Shown here: positions 1 to 10,926 of the stretch, piece after piece
How the letters are laid out: the number at the start of each line of letters is the position of its first letter
Position numbering within the stretch: the first letter of the stretch is position 1
NCBI GenBank assembly: GCA_008369845.1
Contig: MRSU01001415.1
Coordinates: forward strand, 1 to 64,000
From: Trichomonas gallinae
Taxonomy: Eukaryota
Direction of reading: 5' to 3'
Length of the DNA stretch: 64,000 nucleotides
The notes under the pieces: model-generated
Databases searched by the model: none
What the model saw: the letters and a program-made list of their open reading frames with translations, nothing else
What the model was told of the DNA's origin: nothing
Made by a program: the position numbers and the translations under genes

Positions 1-1337
1 CATTATATTAATGCATATAATATACTGGCAAAGTTTGGAGCAAAAATACATTTCTATCGTCATTGGTACACCTCTTCCAAATAGATCGTATTATTCTCAC
101 CTATCTAAGTTAAATATTATTTCAGATTCAATCATTGAAAAAACTATATTTTTGGAAAAAGAATCAAATTTTAGATCCAGCAACAGTATCATCAGATCTT
201 GAAAATTCGGATATGAACTAATTAACTTATATTGATAAGGTATTATTAGTATGGCAGAATAATTACCATGGTTTTTTGGGAATGTTGCCATCATTGTTTT
301 CATTTTTCACATTTGGAAAGTTATTAATCAACAAAATAAGTTTTCTATACGTTATTAAATATAAACTCAAAGACTGTGTCATGAGCTCTACATTTTTATC
401 TTTGTTTGTGAATTTTGTTGTGGCAATTGCATTGATTACAGTGCTGTTTTTGGTGGAAAAAATAAATATCATGCATCAAAACATCATATTTCCATAAGGA
501 CAGGATCATAACATGTTTGAAGATAATTTGGCAAATAGAATAAATCTGGATTCTAGAATCGAGATGCTCAAATGAATATATAAAGAATTGTGCTGGAATA
601 TATATGAAATAAAACAAATTTGCAAAAATTGGACACAAATTGAAATAAGAAGAGCTTCTGCGGAATTAATTTTTGCATTTTTGTACTGCCCGTATGTATT
701 AAAGCTCATATTAATAAAAATGAGCAAATTTTTGTTATAAAAATTTGAAAACGTACATTATTAAATAGTTTATATGGTTATGATATAATATGCTTAAAAT
801 TATTATATTATTAAATTTCTATCTGTAATGAAAACTGCTTACAAAATTTCTGTCCGTTAATTATCAATTATTACGCAAATCATTCAATGAAAATCGGTTT
901 CGAAGTTCAAAATGCTTTTAAATATGCTATTTTAGCAAAAACATCTAATAAAAACGGAAACGGTTACGCCCGTAGATTTGATAACTTTACATTTTTATTT
1001 TAAAAATGTTTATAATATTGATTAATATATCAAATAAAAATTGATCAATTTTTTTACAAAAACAGTCAATTTTTTATTTTTGGAATGCTTATGATATAAA
1101 TAGATACATTAAATTTGTTTACAAAAAAAATACAAAAAAACAAAATTATTTGATATTCGGAATGGTTATATTAAAAGAGCTATTTCCTTTCGTTTTTGAG
1201 CTCTCACAAAAATTTAAATGTCATTGAGCAAAAGTTCGTTATTTAATGAATTAACATGATACTTAGTATTAAATCGATTTAAATTTATTTTTTGCTCTCA
1301 AAAATTATATTGATTATTTTTTTTTTTTTTTTTTATA

Positions 1338-3788
1338 ATGAGAGGGCTGCGGAATTTGATTTTAGAATACGAAGGATTACCACCAGAAGACAGACATATA
1401 AGAGTGGCTGAGGAGCTTACAAAGCTCAAGAAGTTATTCTTTAAAGAAAACATCCGCAGATATAGCAAGAAAAAATCAATTGCAAAAATTTGCTTTTTAA
1501 TGTTCGAAGGTTGCGAAATACGTTTTGGATTCCAACAAGCTATCGAATTAGTTGAAGAAAAGTCATATAAATGTCGTCGTATTGCATGGATGATGTGTAT
1601 CTTGTTTATGAATACATATCCTGATTGTAGTATGGATTTGATACCTGTAATGAAGCGACATTTGATAAATAAAGAAGTTCCTGAGTCAATTAATTTAGCA
1701 TTGATTACCGTTGCTTCAATAAGTTCTTCTCAATTAGCAAATTTACTCGCCCCATGCATTGTAGATATAGCCTTCGAAAATATTTTGGACGATGTCACTC
1801 GAAAAAGAGCACTGTTAACTTTGGCCAGACTGTATCAGACCTCACAGCAACTTTACATCATTGAGCACGTCTCACCAAGGATTCCACAACTCATGAGATC
1901 AAAGTCTTTGGGTGTAGCTCTCTCTGGCTCCGTTTTAGCCCTCACAATTGTAAAATTAAACAATTCTAACGTCACAGAGAACATACAGAAAGCAGCAATC
2001 GAAATTATGGAATCTATCATTCTCGAAAATAAGTGTCCGAAAGAATACATGTACAAAGGCCACCCGTGTCCTTTTTTAATTTCGAATCTTTTTAGAATTT
2101 TAGGCTATAGAAGGGTTTTTGAGGATGATGAAATCACAAAAATAGATAAAATCGCGAATAAGCTCTTAGATATATTCACAGGACACTTCGAAGTCGAAAA
2201 TTTACATACTTTTTTGATGATATTTTCAGATGCTTTTCGAGTTTTCGTTAAAATACCAGAATTATCGATGGATACATATAAGAGGATCATTAATATCTTC
2301 TCGTTACACTTGACTTCTTATCCATTCTTTTTACAATGTTTAGTTTTATTGATCGAAACAAATCCAGGCTTTGTACAATTCTTCGACCAAATTACAGACG
2401 ATTTAATACATATAACACAGGAGCATGTCCCTCCATTCTGCATTTCTGCCCTCAATCTTTTGTCTTTGATCACTACAAGAGCGAATTATTTACGCATTAC
2501 GGAAACAATGATTCCTTTTTTGCGCACTTGTCATTATTCTCTTAAAGAGCCAATTTGCAAGAATTTGGCGACGATCATTGATAGTTTTGCAACTGATAAT
2601 GCATTTGCAAGAGACTCACTGTTGAAAATTATCGATCTAGGAGATAAATACAGCGAATGCATCTGGGGAATTGCAGCGAAAGCTTTATTAAGGGATGAAG
2701 AACATTACAAAGAAGTTCTCAAAACATTGTTATTAAAACTTCAGCAAAATCCAAGAGTTTCTTCACCACTAATGAAAATTTGTGCACATGTTGTCGGCAT
2801 TAAGTGTCCATTTACTCCACAATTCCCAATAAACGCTTTAGGAGCAAGCTTCGCCTATTATAATGCGTCAACACAAACTTCGATCGTTTCCGCCATGGCA
2901 AAAATTGCAATCGAATTCCCTCAGTTCAAAAATGCTGTTTTGGGCTATTTGAATTTCTGGCTCAACACAGGAAACACTACAGTTTTGCAGCGAATCAAAG
3001 AATCATTGGCTGTTTTGACAATGCAAAATGTACCTCAATTGAAACTTGCCGCTCCAGCAAAATTCGTTGACTGCACGATTAATCTCAAACGTGAGAAACC
3101 AAAGGAAGAGAATGTTGTATTTGATGGAGAAGGAATAACAATCAGCGCGCAAACTAATGTTGACGCTACGAATAATACTGCGACGGCTTCTATTATGGTC
3201 AAAAATAAACTGCAGCAAGATCTCAAGATCAAAAAATGCGACTCTGTATGCGAAAAGAATATCAAGGCAAGCGGCATGATATCAAACTACGATGCCGTTG
3301 TTAAAAGCGGCAGTTTCACTGTTGTTCAGATCTCTTATGTTGTCAAAGGTCCGTTTTGCAACTATCCAGAAATGGAGATGATGTTTTCCGGAAAGAAAAA
3401 ATGCAGATTCCAGGTTCCTGTTTCTGTCGTTTCGTTCTTCTGGCCTTATGCTATGACTTATAAAACATTTGCAGAAAGCTGGCAGAAAACTAACTCGAAG
3501 AAATTAACAGGCCTAACTTATTTAGTTGTTCCTGACGGAGACATAATACAATCCATCACGAAGACCGTGCAGAAAATCAATCTTTATGTCATCAAATGCG
3601 ATAAAACGAGAAGTGAAATCAGTACATCAGGATACTTCAAGACCGCAAAAGGCGAAAACCTTGGCATTTTGTCTGTGTTTACTTTCTCTGAGACAGAAAT
3701 GATTTTGAAATGCGAAGTCCACTCTGTCACAAGGAAAGCAACAAGCGCCTGCTTAGAAATGATCAAGAAAGCATTTTCATATTCATGA
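1338..3788 (+). CDS. Adaptin large subunit, AP-2 alpha-like (divergent paralog)
   Basis: 816-aa ORF. The N-terminus MRGLRNLI...RVAEELTKLKKLF...YSKKKSIAKICFL..G.EIRFG..AIEL mirrors alpha-adaptin MRGL..FI...RINKELANIR..F...YSKKKYVCKL...G.DIDFG. A helical trunk is followed by a C-terminal ear-like beta region. Confidence 0.8.
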   Translation: MRGLRNLILEYEGLPPEDRHIRVAEELTKLKKLFFKENIRRYSKKKSIAKICFLMFEGCEIRFGFQQAIELVEEKSYKCRRIAWMMCILFMNTYPDCSMDLIPVMKRHLINKEVPESINLALITVASISSSQLANLLAPCIVDIAFENILDDVTRKRALLTLARLYQTSQQLYIIEHVSPRIPQLMRSKSLGVALSGSVLALTIVKLNNSNVTENIQKAAIEIMESIILENKCPKEYMYKGHPCPFLISNLFRILGYRRVFEDDEITKIDKIANKLLDIFTGHFEVENLHTFLMIFSDAFRVFVKIPELSMDTYKRIINIFSLHLTSYPFFLQCLVLLIETNPGFVQFFDQITDDLIHITQEHVPPFCISALNLLSLITTRANYLRITETMIPFLRTCHYSLKEPICKNLATIIDSFATDNAFARDSLLKIIDLGDKYSECIWGIAAKALLRDEEHYKEVLKTLLLKLQQNPRVSSPLMKICAHVVGIKCPFTPQFPINALGASFAYYNASTQTSIVSAMAKIAIEFPQFKNAVLGYLNFWLNTGNTTVLQRIKESLAVLTMQNVPQLKLAAPAKFVDCTINLKREKPKEENVVFDGEGITISAQTNVDATNNTATASIMVKNKLQQDLKIKKCDSVCEKNIKASGMISNYDAVVKSGSFTVVQISYVVKGPFCNYPEMEMMFSGKKKCRFQVPVSVVSFFWPYAMTYKTFAESWQKTNSKKLTGLTYLVVPDGDIIQSITKTVQKINLYVIKCDKTRSEISTSGYFKTAKGENLGILSVFTFSETEMILKCEVHSVTRKATSACLEMIKKAFSYS

Positions 3789-4329
3789 AAATTACATTTT
3801 TCTTTTTTGTTTGTTTGTTTGTAAAATTTATTCTAGTTTTGAAAAACCATTCCAATACATTTTTTGTATCAGGAATGACCCCAATTTAATCTATAAATCA
3901 AAAAACAGGTTTCCAAACGAACGAAAATATCATCATTTTTGGTGACAATTTTTTATAACACTTCGTATTTCAAGGTTAATTTTCTCAAGTTCATATACTA
4001 TATAAAGAAGCTGTCTTTAGCGTCATTAGATTTGTTCAGAAAAACTTACCTGTCTTGTAAAGTTTGGCAGAGAAATTTACGTTTAGATTTACTAAATATA
4101 TGATGAAACCGTTTATGTTTTTACTCTATCATTCCTTTGCTCGTAACGTAACTATGTAAGGAAAGCTATAGCCATCTATTCGTCGAAAGCATCACCTTGT
4201 AAAAATTGGATGCTATTGATTTTCAAGTTTCAGTTTATGTTAAAATTGTTAATTAACAAAATATAATTTTACATAGTATAAATAAAAAAAGTACATAGTA
4301 AAATATAAACAAAAATATAACCGTTAAAT

Positions 4330-7300
4330 TTAAGGCTCGACAAGATATGTGAACATCTTACCGCCCTTAACATCGACTTCACCGCGCTCCTTGATGTCAA
4401 AGTTCTGGCCATAAATCAATTCATAAACAGGTCTTGAGATATGGACCTTCATTGGGACACCGTGGTGCTCCATTTCGTGCGCGATGTTGATAGCAGGACC
4501 AAGAATTTCGAATGTTGGCTTTTCAGTGCCAATGACACCAGCGACGATTGGTCCTCCTGTGTTGACACCAACTCTGATTCTTAGCTTCTCGTTCTCCTTC
4601 TGGTTGACAGCTAAGATTGTCTTGATTGTATCCTTACCGAATTCAACGACTTCCTTAGAGTGAATTGCAGGCTGATTTACTTCATCGAAAATACCACCTG
4701 CAGCCATGTAGCAGTCACCGATACACTTTATCTTTGTCATCGTCTTGTAGCCAGCAATGCATGCATCGAACTCCTTGAACAAAAGGTTGAGCATTCTCAT
4801 GACATACTGGGCATCGTGAGAGCCGCACCATGGTGTGAACTCGACGATATCCAAGAACAAGACAGAAACGCTCTGGACAGCGAAGGAGATGTTCTTTTCG
4901 CCTGCCTGGACACGTGTAACTAAGTTTGCTGGAAGGATTGATGAGAGCATCTTGTCAGACTTCTTCTTTTCGTCTTCCAACAACTTTTCGTACATCTTGT
5001 TCTGTGTCTGATCCTTACCTGTGTAGATTCTTCTTCCGTTTGCTGTGTTGACTGAGAACTCGATGAAGACCTTCTCCTTGTCAGCTTTCTTATATATCAT
5101 TTCTGTTGTTCTGCTCAAAACCTTCTGCAATGAGTTCTGGTTTTCAGCTGTGAAAACTTCCTCAGAGAAGAAGTCCTTGATGTGCTTTCCGTGGACTTCT
5201 TCCTGAGACATTCCGAACATCTCCTCGAATGCGTGGTTGATAAGGATTATCTTGCTTGTTTCATCCTGGACGACAATGAAGATATCGTTAAGTTTGTTGA
5301 TGACTTCGTTAGCGAACTGGCTGAATTTCTCGGAGTTGTCTTTACCATCCTTCTTTGTGAAGTTGCCAGCCAAGAGATCCAAGATCTTTGGATTCTGGAA
5401 GATGATTGATGGTGGACATCTCAAGAACTGCTCGAGTGTGAAGATGATCAAGTTCCTTTCCCAAGCGAAGATGAACAACATTGCTATGATGCAGATGAAG
5501 TTGAGAAGGAAGAAAATAATGCCTGCTAAAGCAATCATCTTTCCGAATTTGTCAACTTGCTCTGCAAGTGTTGGAGCAATCTGTGAACCTGTTGGGAAGA
5601 AGAAGGCTTCCATCATTTCGAATGGACCGATTTGGAAAAGATCTGTGATGATATCATCTCTTGATGATGGGAAAATATCATAGTCCATCATGTAAATTGT
5701 CTTCCTAATGAGAGAAATGGCAATGCCGAGCTGCTGTTCAGCAGAGAAGCATCTTGTTGAAGCTGGAATTGTTGTTGGTGGCTTGCTGACGTCATCGCAC
5801 CAAACAATTGCGTTAGCAACATCAAGAGCGTGAATCATTCCCATGAATGGAATTTCCTTTTCATCGGAACCACCGAGTCTAATCTTTGCGAAGTAAGTGT
5901 TGAACAAAACAACAATTCTCTTCATACTTGCCAATTCCATTTTGATTGGAAGAGAAGAGTTCTTGAGTGACTCGTCTTCCATAGCAATTGAGATGGAGAT
6001 AAGCTTAGAAACAACACCGTACATGAAAGCGTTTGCACCATAAAGGAAGTTGATGTGGTGGCAGTTGAAAACGACAACTTCGGAAGCATCTATGTAGCAC
6101 TTAACGCAGATGTAGAAGTAGCCAACTGAAAAGATTGTGAGCAACAAGTAAAGTAGCAAAATCTTTGCAGATGAAGAGGAAGAAGAAGAATCGGAAATTG
6201 ATGTGAAGAGTTTGATGATTGATTCTTCTTGTCTGTTTGTTTCCTGTTCATTGCCGTTGTAAGAAACCATCATGGAGCTATCATTGGCCTTGACTTTGTT
6301 GAATGAGGATGAAATTTGTGATAAGACAGCCTTTGGAAGGTCAGCCATAGCCTTGTAAATTGCCTGTTTGTTGTTTGACAACTTTCTAACTTGAAGGAAG
6401 TAAAGCAATGGGAAGAAGAAAACGGAACAACCAGTAATAGCACCAAAAATGCCGTAGAAGATCATAAAGTACTTATCATACTCTGTTCTGATGCTTTCAA
6501 CCATCAAAGCAAGAGCATCATTGCAAGCGTAAGAAATGTTTGCTGGATTGTTTCTTGCTGTGAGAGCATTAAGACCACTTGCGATTTCAGCTGTCATTGG
6601 ACCCATATCTAAAAGTTTTCCAACTGTTGAGGACAGCTGGAAGGCAATTTGAGGAACAGCAGCTGGTGTGGCATAATAGTAAGTATTATTCAAATAAGTC
6701 AAGAAGAATAATTTGCCTTCGAATAGTGCGTCGCGAACTTTTTCGTAGATTTGATCTCCTGGCTTATATGATCTGATAGCAGACATTTTCTGATTAACGC
6801 TACCGACAGACTGTGCAAAATACCTGAGAACACCTCTGTTATTAGAAACATCACCGAAAGCATGGAATGTGAAATCTTGGATAGGTCTCAGTTGTTTGGC
6901 CAGTTTCTTAGAATGATTGCTTGGAAGAGGAATTTCGACACTCAACAATCTCGCAGTGATGCATGGGATGATTGATGCAAGGCTTCTCATTTCTGCAACA
7001 GCTTCCATGAAGTGGAGTGGCTGCTCGATTGTGCCTTCGTAGTACTTGAAGAATGCTGTGACGCCAATCAATGGAACAATGAACAAGAAGAAGAAAGAAA
7101 TTAATGTTGTCCATCTCATGTATGAAATCGCTGGGATGTTGTTTCTTCTGATTAATTTTTCAATGATAGCAATCTGTTCAACTTGGATGTCACTCTCTTC
7201 AGAGTCTTCAACACCATATGATTCTGTGTTCTCTGTTGCGATCTTTGAAGAGTTTTCGACCTCCTTGCAATAATCTGGGAGATTTGGAAATGCGTCAATT

Positions 7301-8979
7301 CCGTAATCGTGGACTTTGTCGTCTGTGATTCTGAGGCCAGCCTGAAGCTTTCCGAGTTCGTCGCATGTAGACTTGAAGCCAATGAAGTCTCCTTTGACTT
7401 CGTACAAGAACTTAGCGAAAACTTTTCTCGCGAATCTGTTGTTTGGATAAACAGTCTTCAAGTAGGCCGCTTCACTCTCTGATTCTTTGACTGAGTCATA
7501 AGCGGCGACAATGGATGTGTCCATATCGTTTGTTGAGCCTTGGAGAACCAAGTCCCAGATGTTTCTCAGTCTATTCTTTGCCTTGATGAACTTCTTCTGG
7601 ATCTTGTTGATCATGTTCTTGAGCTGTGGTGTGAACTTTGTTTCTCTTGTGTTGATGATGATAGAAACATTAGTTTCGATGAGTTTGACTAATGTTGGGT
7701 TCTTCTTGAGCATGACGACATTGTTGTGGATAAACATGAGATTGGATGTGTTCTCTGGATAGATGGCAACGAACTTGGCGTAGCAGAACCAAACATCTGG
7801 TTCATCACGCCACTGTTCGACGGCCAATTTGAAGATGGAGAAGTCTAAGCAGATTGGGTGGCAGTAATTGAAACCTGTGATGAGGACCTGCTTGAGCTTC
7901 TTGCACGATCTTAAGACTGTGATATCGTGTGTTTCCTCGATCTCATCCAATAATCTCATATCCTTCTTGATTCTTGAGTGAATGATAGCGTAAGCGATGC
8001 CAAAGGAAACAATACCGAGGCCAGTGACACCAACGAAGTAGTAGGAGCCCCAGAAGAAAGAATAGATGTAGCATGGAACGATGTTAGCGGCTCCGAGGAT
8101 AATAGCCAAGATAGAACCACCAAGGACCATGATCTGGTGGTTGTTCCTGATGAATGTACCGCAGTTGAAAACTGTTGTGATATCGAAAATGTAAATCATG
8201 AAGGAAAGGACAGCAATAACTGTAGATGGGATTTCTGACAAGTGTGAGGAAAGGGCACAAACAAATGTAACAATAATTGTTGTAATGAAAATCTTGTTTT
8301 GTGGAGAACCTTCCAATGAAGCGAAGGATGTTGGTCTGAAGATGATTGTGTTTGTGTATGTTGTAATTAAGAGCCAACTATAGAATACGCAGAGGAGAAA
8401 TGTCAAAATGTTTGGAATCAGTTCCTTAACTTCTGTAGGATGACCTTCTCCGATATCTTCTGAGAGGAGCTGTCCCGATATCTGTACTGCGCATGGCAAT
8501 AATAAGTATGGACCAAAAGCCATGAAGATGCTAAGGATCTTAACGGAAATTGGATGCACCTTGGATGATGACTTGTATGTGAAAGCAGTAACGACCAAGT
8601 ATATGGCGAAAAAGATGAGAACGCCATCGATAACTGAAAGAATTAAAACTTCATTGTTTTCTCTAATTGTGACTGGTACTAAATGGAACAGTGTTGACAT
8701 AATATTCACTACGTTGAATGTCAGAGTTTCTCGGTTGAAGACAGAATCTTTTGCTGTCATCATTGAGCCACCAACGAGTTGAAAGAGTCTAATATATGTT
8801 ACTACTGCATGAATGATGCCAATGTTGGGGGAATGGATATCAAAGAAGTTGAAGAGCGCAATCAAAGCAGTCATCAACTTCTTGTGGAAAGGTATATCAA
8901 TCAAAGTCTCTAACTTGGAGTTAATAGAGCTTTGATAGCCAGTTGATGTGGGTACTGTGCTCGTCTGTGCTTCCTCCAT
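4330..8979 (-). CDS. Transmembrane adenylyl cyclase with PAS-like domain and C-terminal class III cyclase domain
   Basis: 1549 aa with many N-terminal hydrophobic helices and a PAS-like segment (IILINHAFEEMFGMSQEEVHGK). Cyclase motifs: VLFLDIVEFT, KIKCIGDCYMA, RVGVNTGGPIVAGVIG, FEILGPAIN. Confidence 0.92.
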   Translation of the reverse strand: MEEAQTSTVPTSTGYQSSINSKLETLIDIPFHKKLMTALIALFNFFDIHSPNIGIIHAVVTYIRLFQLVGGSMMTAKDSVFNRETLTFNVVNIMSTLFHLVPVTIRENNEVLILSVIDGVLIFFAIYLVVTAFTYKSSSKVHPISVKILSIFMAFGPYLLLPCAVQISGQLLSEDIGEGHPTEVKELIPNILTFLLCVFYSWLLITTYTNTIIFRPTSFASLEGSPQNKIFITTIIVTFVCALSSHLSEIPSTVIAVLSFMIYIFDITTVFNCGTFIRNNHQIMVLGGSILAIILGAANIVPCYIYSFFWGSYYFVGVTGLGIVSFGIAYAIIHSRIKKDMRLLDEIEETHDITVLRSCKKLKQVLITGFNYCHPICLDFSIFKLAVEQWRDEPDVWFCYAKFVAIYPENTSNLMFIHNNVVMLKKNPTLVKLIETNVSIIINTRETKFTPQLKNMINKIQKKFIKAKNRLRNIWDLVLQGSTNDMDTSIVAAYDSVKESESEAAYLKTVYPNNRFARKVFAKFLYEVKGDFIGFKSTCDELGKLQAGLRITDDKVHDYGIDAFPNLPDYCKEVENSSKIATENTESYGVEDSEESDIQVEQIAIIEKLIRRNNIPAISYMRWTTLISFFFLFIVPLIGVTAFFKYYEGTIEQPLHFMEAVAEMRSLASIIPCITARLLSVEIPLPSNHSKKLAKQLRPIQDFTFHAFGDVSNNRGVLRYFAQSVGSVNQKMSAIRSYKPGDQIYEKVRDALFEGKLFFLTYLNNTYYYATPAAVPQIAFQLSSTVGKLLDMGPMTAEIASGLNALTARNNPANISYACNDALALMVESIRTEYDKYFMIFYGIFGAITGCSVFFFPLLYFLQVRKLSNNKQAIYKAMADLPKAVLSQISSSFNKVKANDSSMMVSYNGNEQETNRQEESIIKLFTSISDSSSSSSSAKILLLYLLLTIFSVGYFYICVKCYIDASEVVVFNCHHINFLYGANAFMYGVVSKLISISIAMEDESLKNSSLPIKMELASMKRIVVLFNTYFAKIRLGGSDEKEIPFMGMIHALDVANAIVWCDDVSKPPTTIPASTRCFSAEQQLGIAISLIRKTIYMMDYDIFPSSRDDIITDLFQIGPFEMMEAFFFPTGSQIAPTLAEQVDKFGKMIALAGIIFFLLNFICIIAMLFIFAWERNLIIFTLEQFLRCPPSIIFQNPKILDLLAGNFTKKDGKDNSEKFSQFANEVINKLNDIFIVVQDETSKIILINHAFEEMFGMSQEEVHGKHIKDFFSEEVFTAENQNSLQKVLSRTTEMIYKKADKEKVFIEFSVNTANGRRIYTGKDQTQNKMYEKLLEDEKKKSDKMLSSILPANLVTRVQAGEKNISFAVQSVSVLFLDIVEFTPWCGSHDAQYVMRMLNLLFKEFDACIAGYKTMTKIKCIGDCYMAAGGIFDEVNQPAIHSKEVVEFGKDTIKTILAVNQKENEKLRIRVGVNTGGPIVAGVIGTEKPTFEILGPAINIAHEMEHHGVPMKVHISRPVYELIYGQNFDIKERGEVDVKGGKMFTYLVEP

Positions 8980-8987
8980 GTTAAAAA

Positions 8988-8992
8988 AATGA
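8988..8992 (-). promoter_or_regulatory. Initiator (Inr) TCATT of the cyclase gene
   Basis: TCATT lies 8 nt upstream of the ATG at 8979 and matches the trichomonad Inr TCA(C/T)(T/A). Confidence 0.6.
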
Positions 8993-10926
8993 TTTTTCGA
9001 TTTTTGAATGGACCGCCAAAATTTTGAAAACTACTTAAATATTTTCAAAAAATAACACAAAATTTTTAAGTATTATTTTAAGAATGGTCTCATTGCGGTC
9101 ATTTTGGCAAAGTTATTTTTGATTTATAATTTTGAGAAGTGAGAAATTATTAAAGCAATGAGCAAATAAATGCATTTGCAATCATATTATCCGTTAAAAA
9201 ATATCAAGACAAAAATCGAAATTTAAAAAACATCAAGCGAATAATGAATTCAATCGACCATTCCCATAAATATTCGTTCAACGTTGTTATCAATTGTCAA
9301 TTTGTTCTCAATTGTTGATTTCAATTCATTTTCTTATAAATCATTTCACAAAAAATAATTTGTCACATATGCTTATAATCATTAGCGCGTTTAAAATGAA
9401 TTATCCCTTCTCAAAAGTCAGACGAGAGTTTTGAATCTACAGTTGAGCAAATACACTAATTATGAGAATTATTATGAACTCTTTTTCTTCTATTCAAAAA
9501 TTTGTGGTGAAAAAATTGAAGTCAATTACGTAAAAATTTGAGAAATAACGTGTGACCAACAATGCTCACTCCCTTCGTTGATAAAATATGTTTGAGTAAG
9601 GCCTGTAATCCATATTTAACGCTTTATTTTGAAATTATGCGGATTTTTGAGCTTATTAATTATTACGTTAATGAACAGGAACATTTTCAGTTAATTTCAT
9701 GAATTGAACAGAAATATACTGGGAAAAAGTAGATTAACTCCATTGTTTATTTAGCTCTAACTTGTATATTTCCTTCTAATTTAATCTCAATCTTCGTTTT
9801 CTGGTTATTTGCATGGCAATAGGCTGTCTACATTGTATAGTATATGAATAGAATGTTCATATCTATTTTGGTCAGTAATCAATTTTTCCCAAAAATAGTT
9901 GAGAGTAATTAATGAACCCTCTTCAAAATATTACGTTACATTAAGTGCAGCTGGGATATTCATTCGTAATCACGGTTCTCGCTATTATTTATACAAATTC
10001 AAAATTAATAACCCTTTCCTACCACATCGTTAAAAAAGAAAATAATCAATCAAAAATGCTTGTATTTATGGACATTACTGCGTATTAAAAAAGATTCTAT
10101 AATAACTATCACGTCGATAATACTTGGTTGGACAGATAAAATGAATCTTCACGTTATTGTCTTGCAATTGGAGCTATTATATTGTAATATTATATATGCA
10201 TATAACCGAACGTAACTAATTATATGAAGAAATCTCTATATTTACCATTTTGGAACTTATCAAATAATTTGTAAATCTTATTCAAAAATGAAATTTTAGA
10301 TTTGGAATATACTCCTTATATATTATCAAAATAAACCATAAATTTATTTTTTGATTTAGAGATTTGGATAAAAAGATAGATAACTTTCGTCTAAAATTAT
10401 TTTTATTTTTTCCTTTACTGAAGTTTCTAATTTTTAGAAACATGAACTTTTCCAGCTTATTTCAAGTTTATATGCCCGTATGTGTCATAGTTAACAGAAA
10501 TTTACAAAAATAACATGATTATGACAATGTTAACCTTGTTAAAAATTTAATATCGTCATTAAAAGTAGAGATTTTTAAAAATAAACAGTATAATATTGCT
10601 ATATAGGGTGTGTACATAGCGTACGTTGTGATCAACAAATGTAATGATAGTTCTAAATTACGGTCTTTATTTGGAAAAATTGAGAAGATAATCAATTGTT
10701 TGCCATAAAGAAATGAGCCACAAACTGGATAAAAATGCATTAATTACTGTCAATAGATGTTTTATAAAAGAAAAATATGAAATAGATGACAATTAATTTG
10801 GAAAATTTTGGCAATCACGAAATAACTTCGAAATAGCCACGTTATATACATATATGAACAAAATATATACGAAATAAGCCATATATCCATTAATATTTCA
10901 ACTTTTAAAACAATAAACATATAATT

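Noticed and set aside
11..727. Several 60-80 aa ORFs at the window start
   Set aside because: AT-rich, mutually overlapping and without recognisable domains. They may be decayed coding sequence, but this cannot be supported.
1317..1334. 18-nt poly-T just before the adaptin ATG
   Set aside because: T-rich leaders are common before ATGs in this window, and homopolymer length is error-prone.
4043..4053. AACTTACCTG, resembling the U1 snRNA 5' end
   Set aside because: No downstream U1-70K loop, U1A loop or convincing cloverleaf and Sm arrangement; likely chance.
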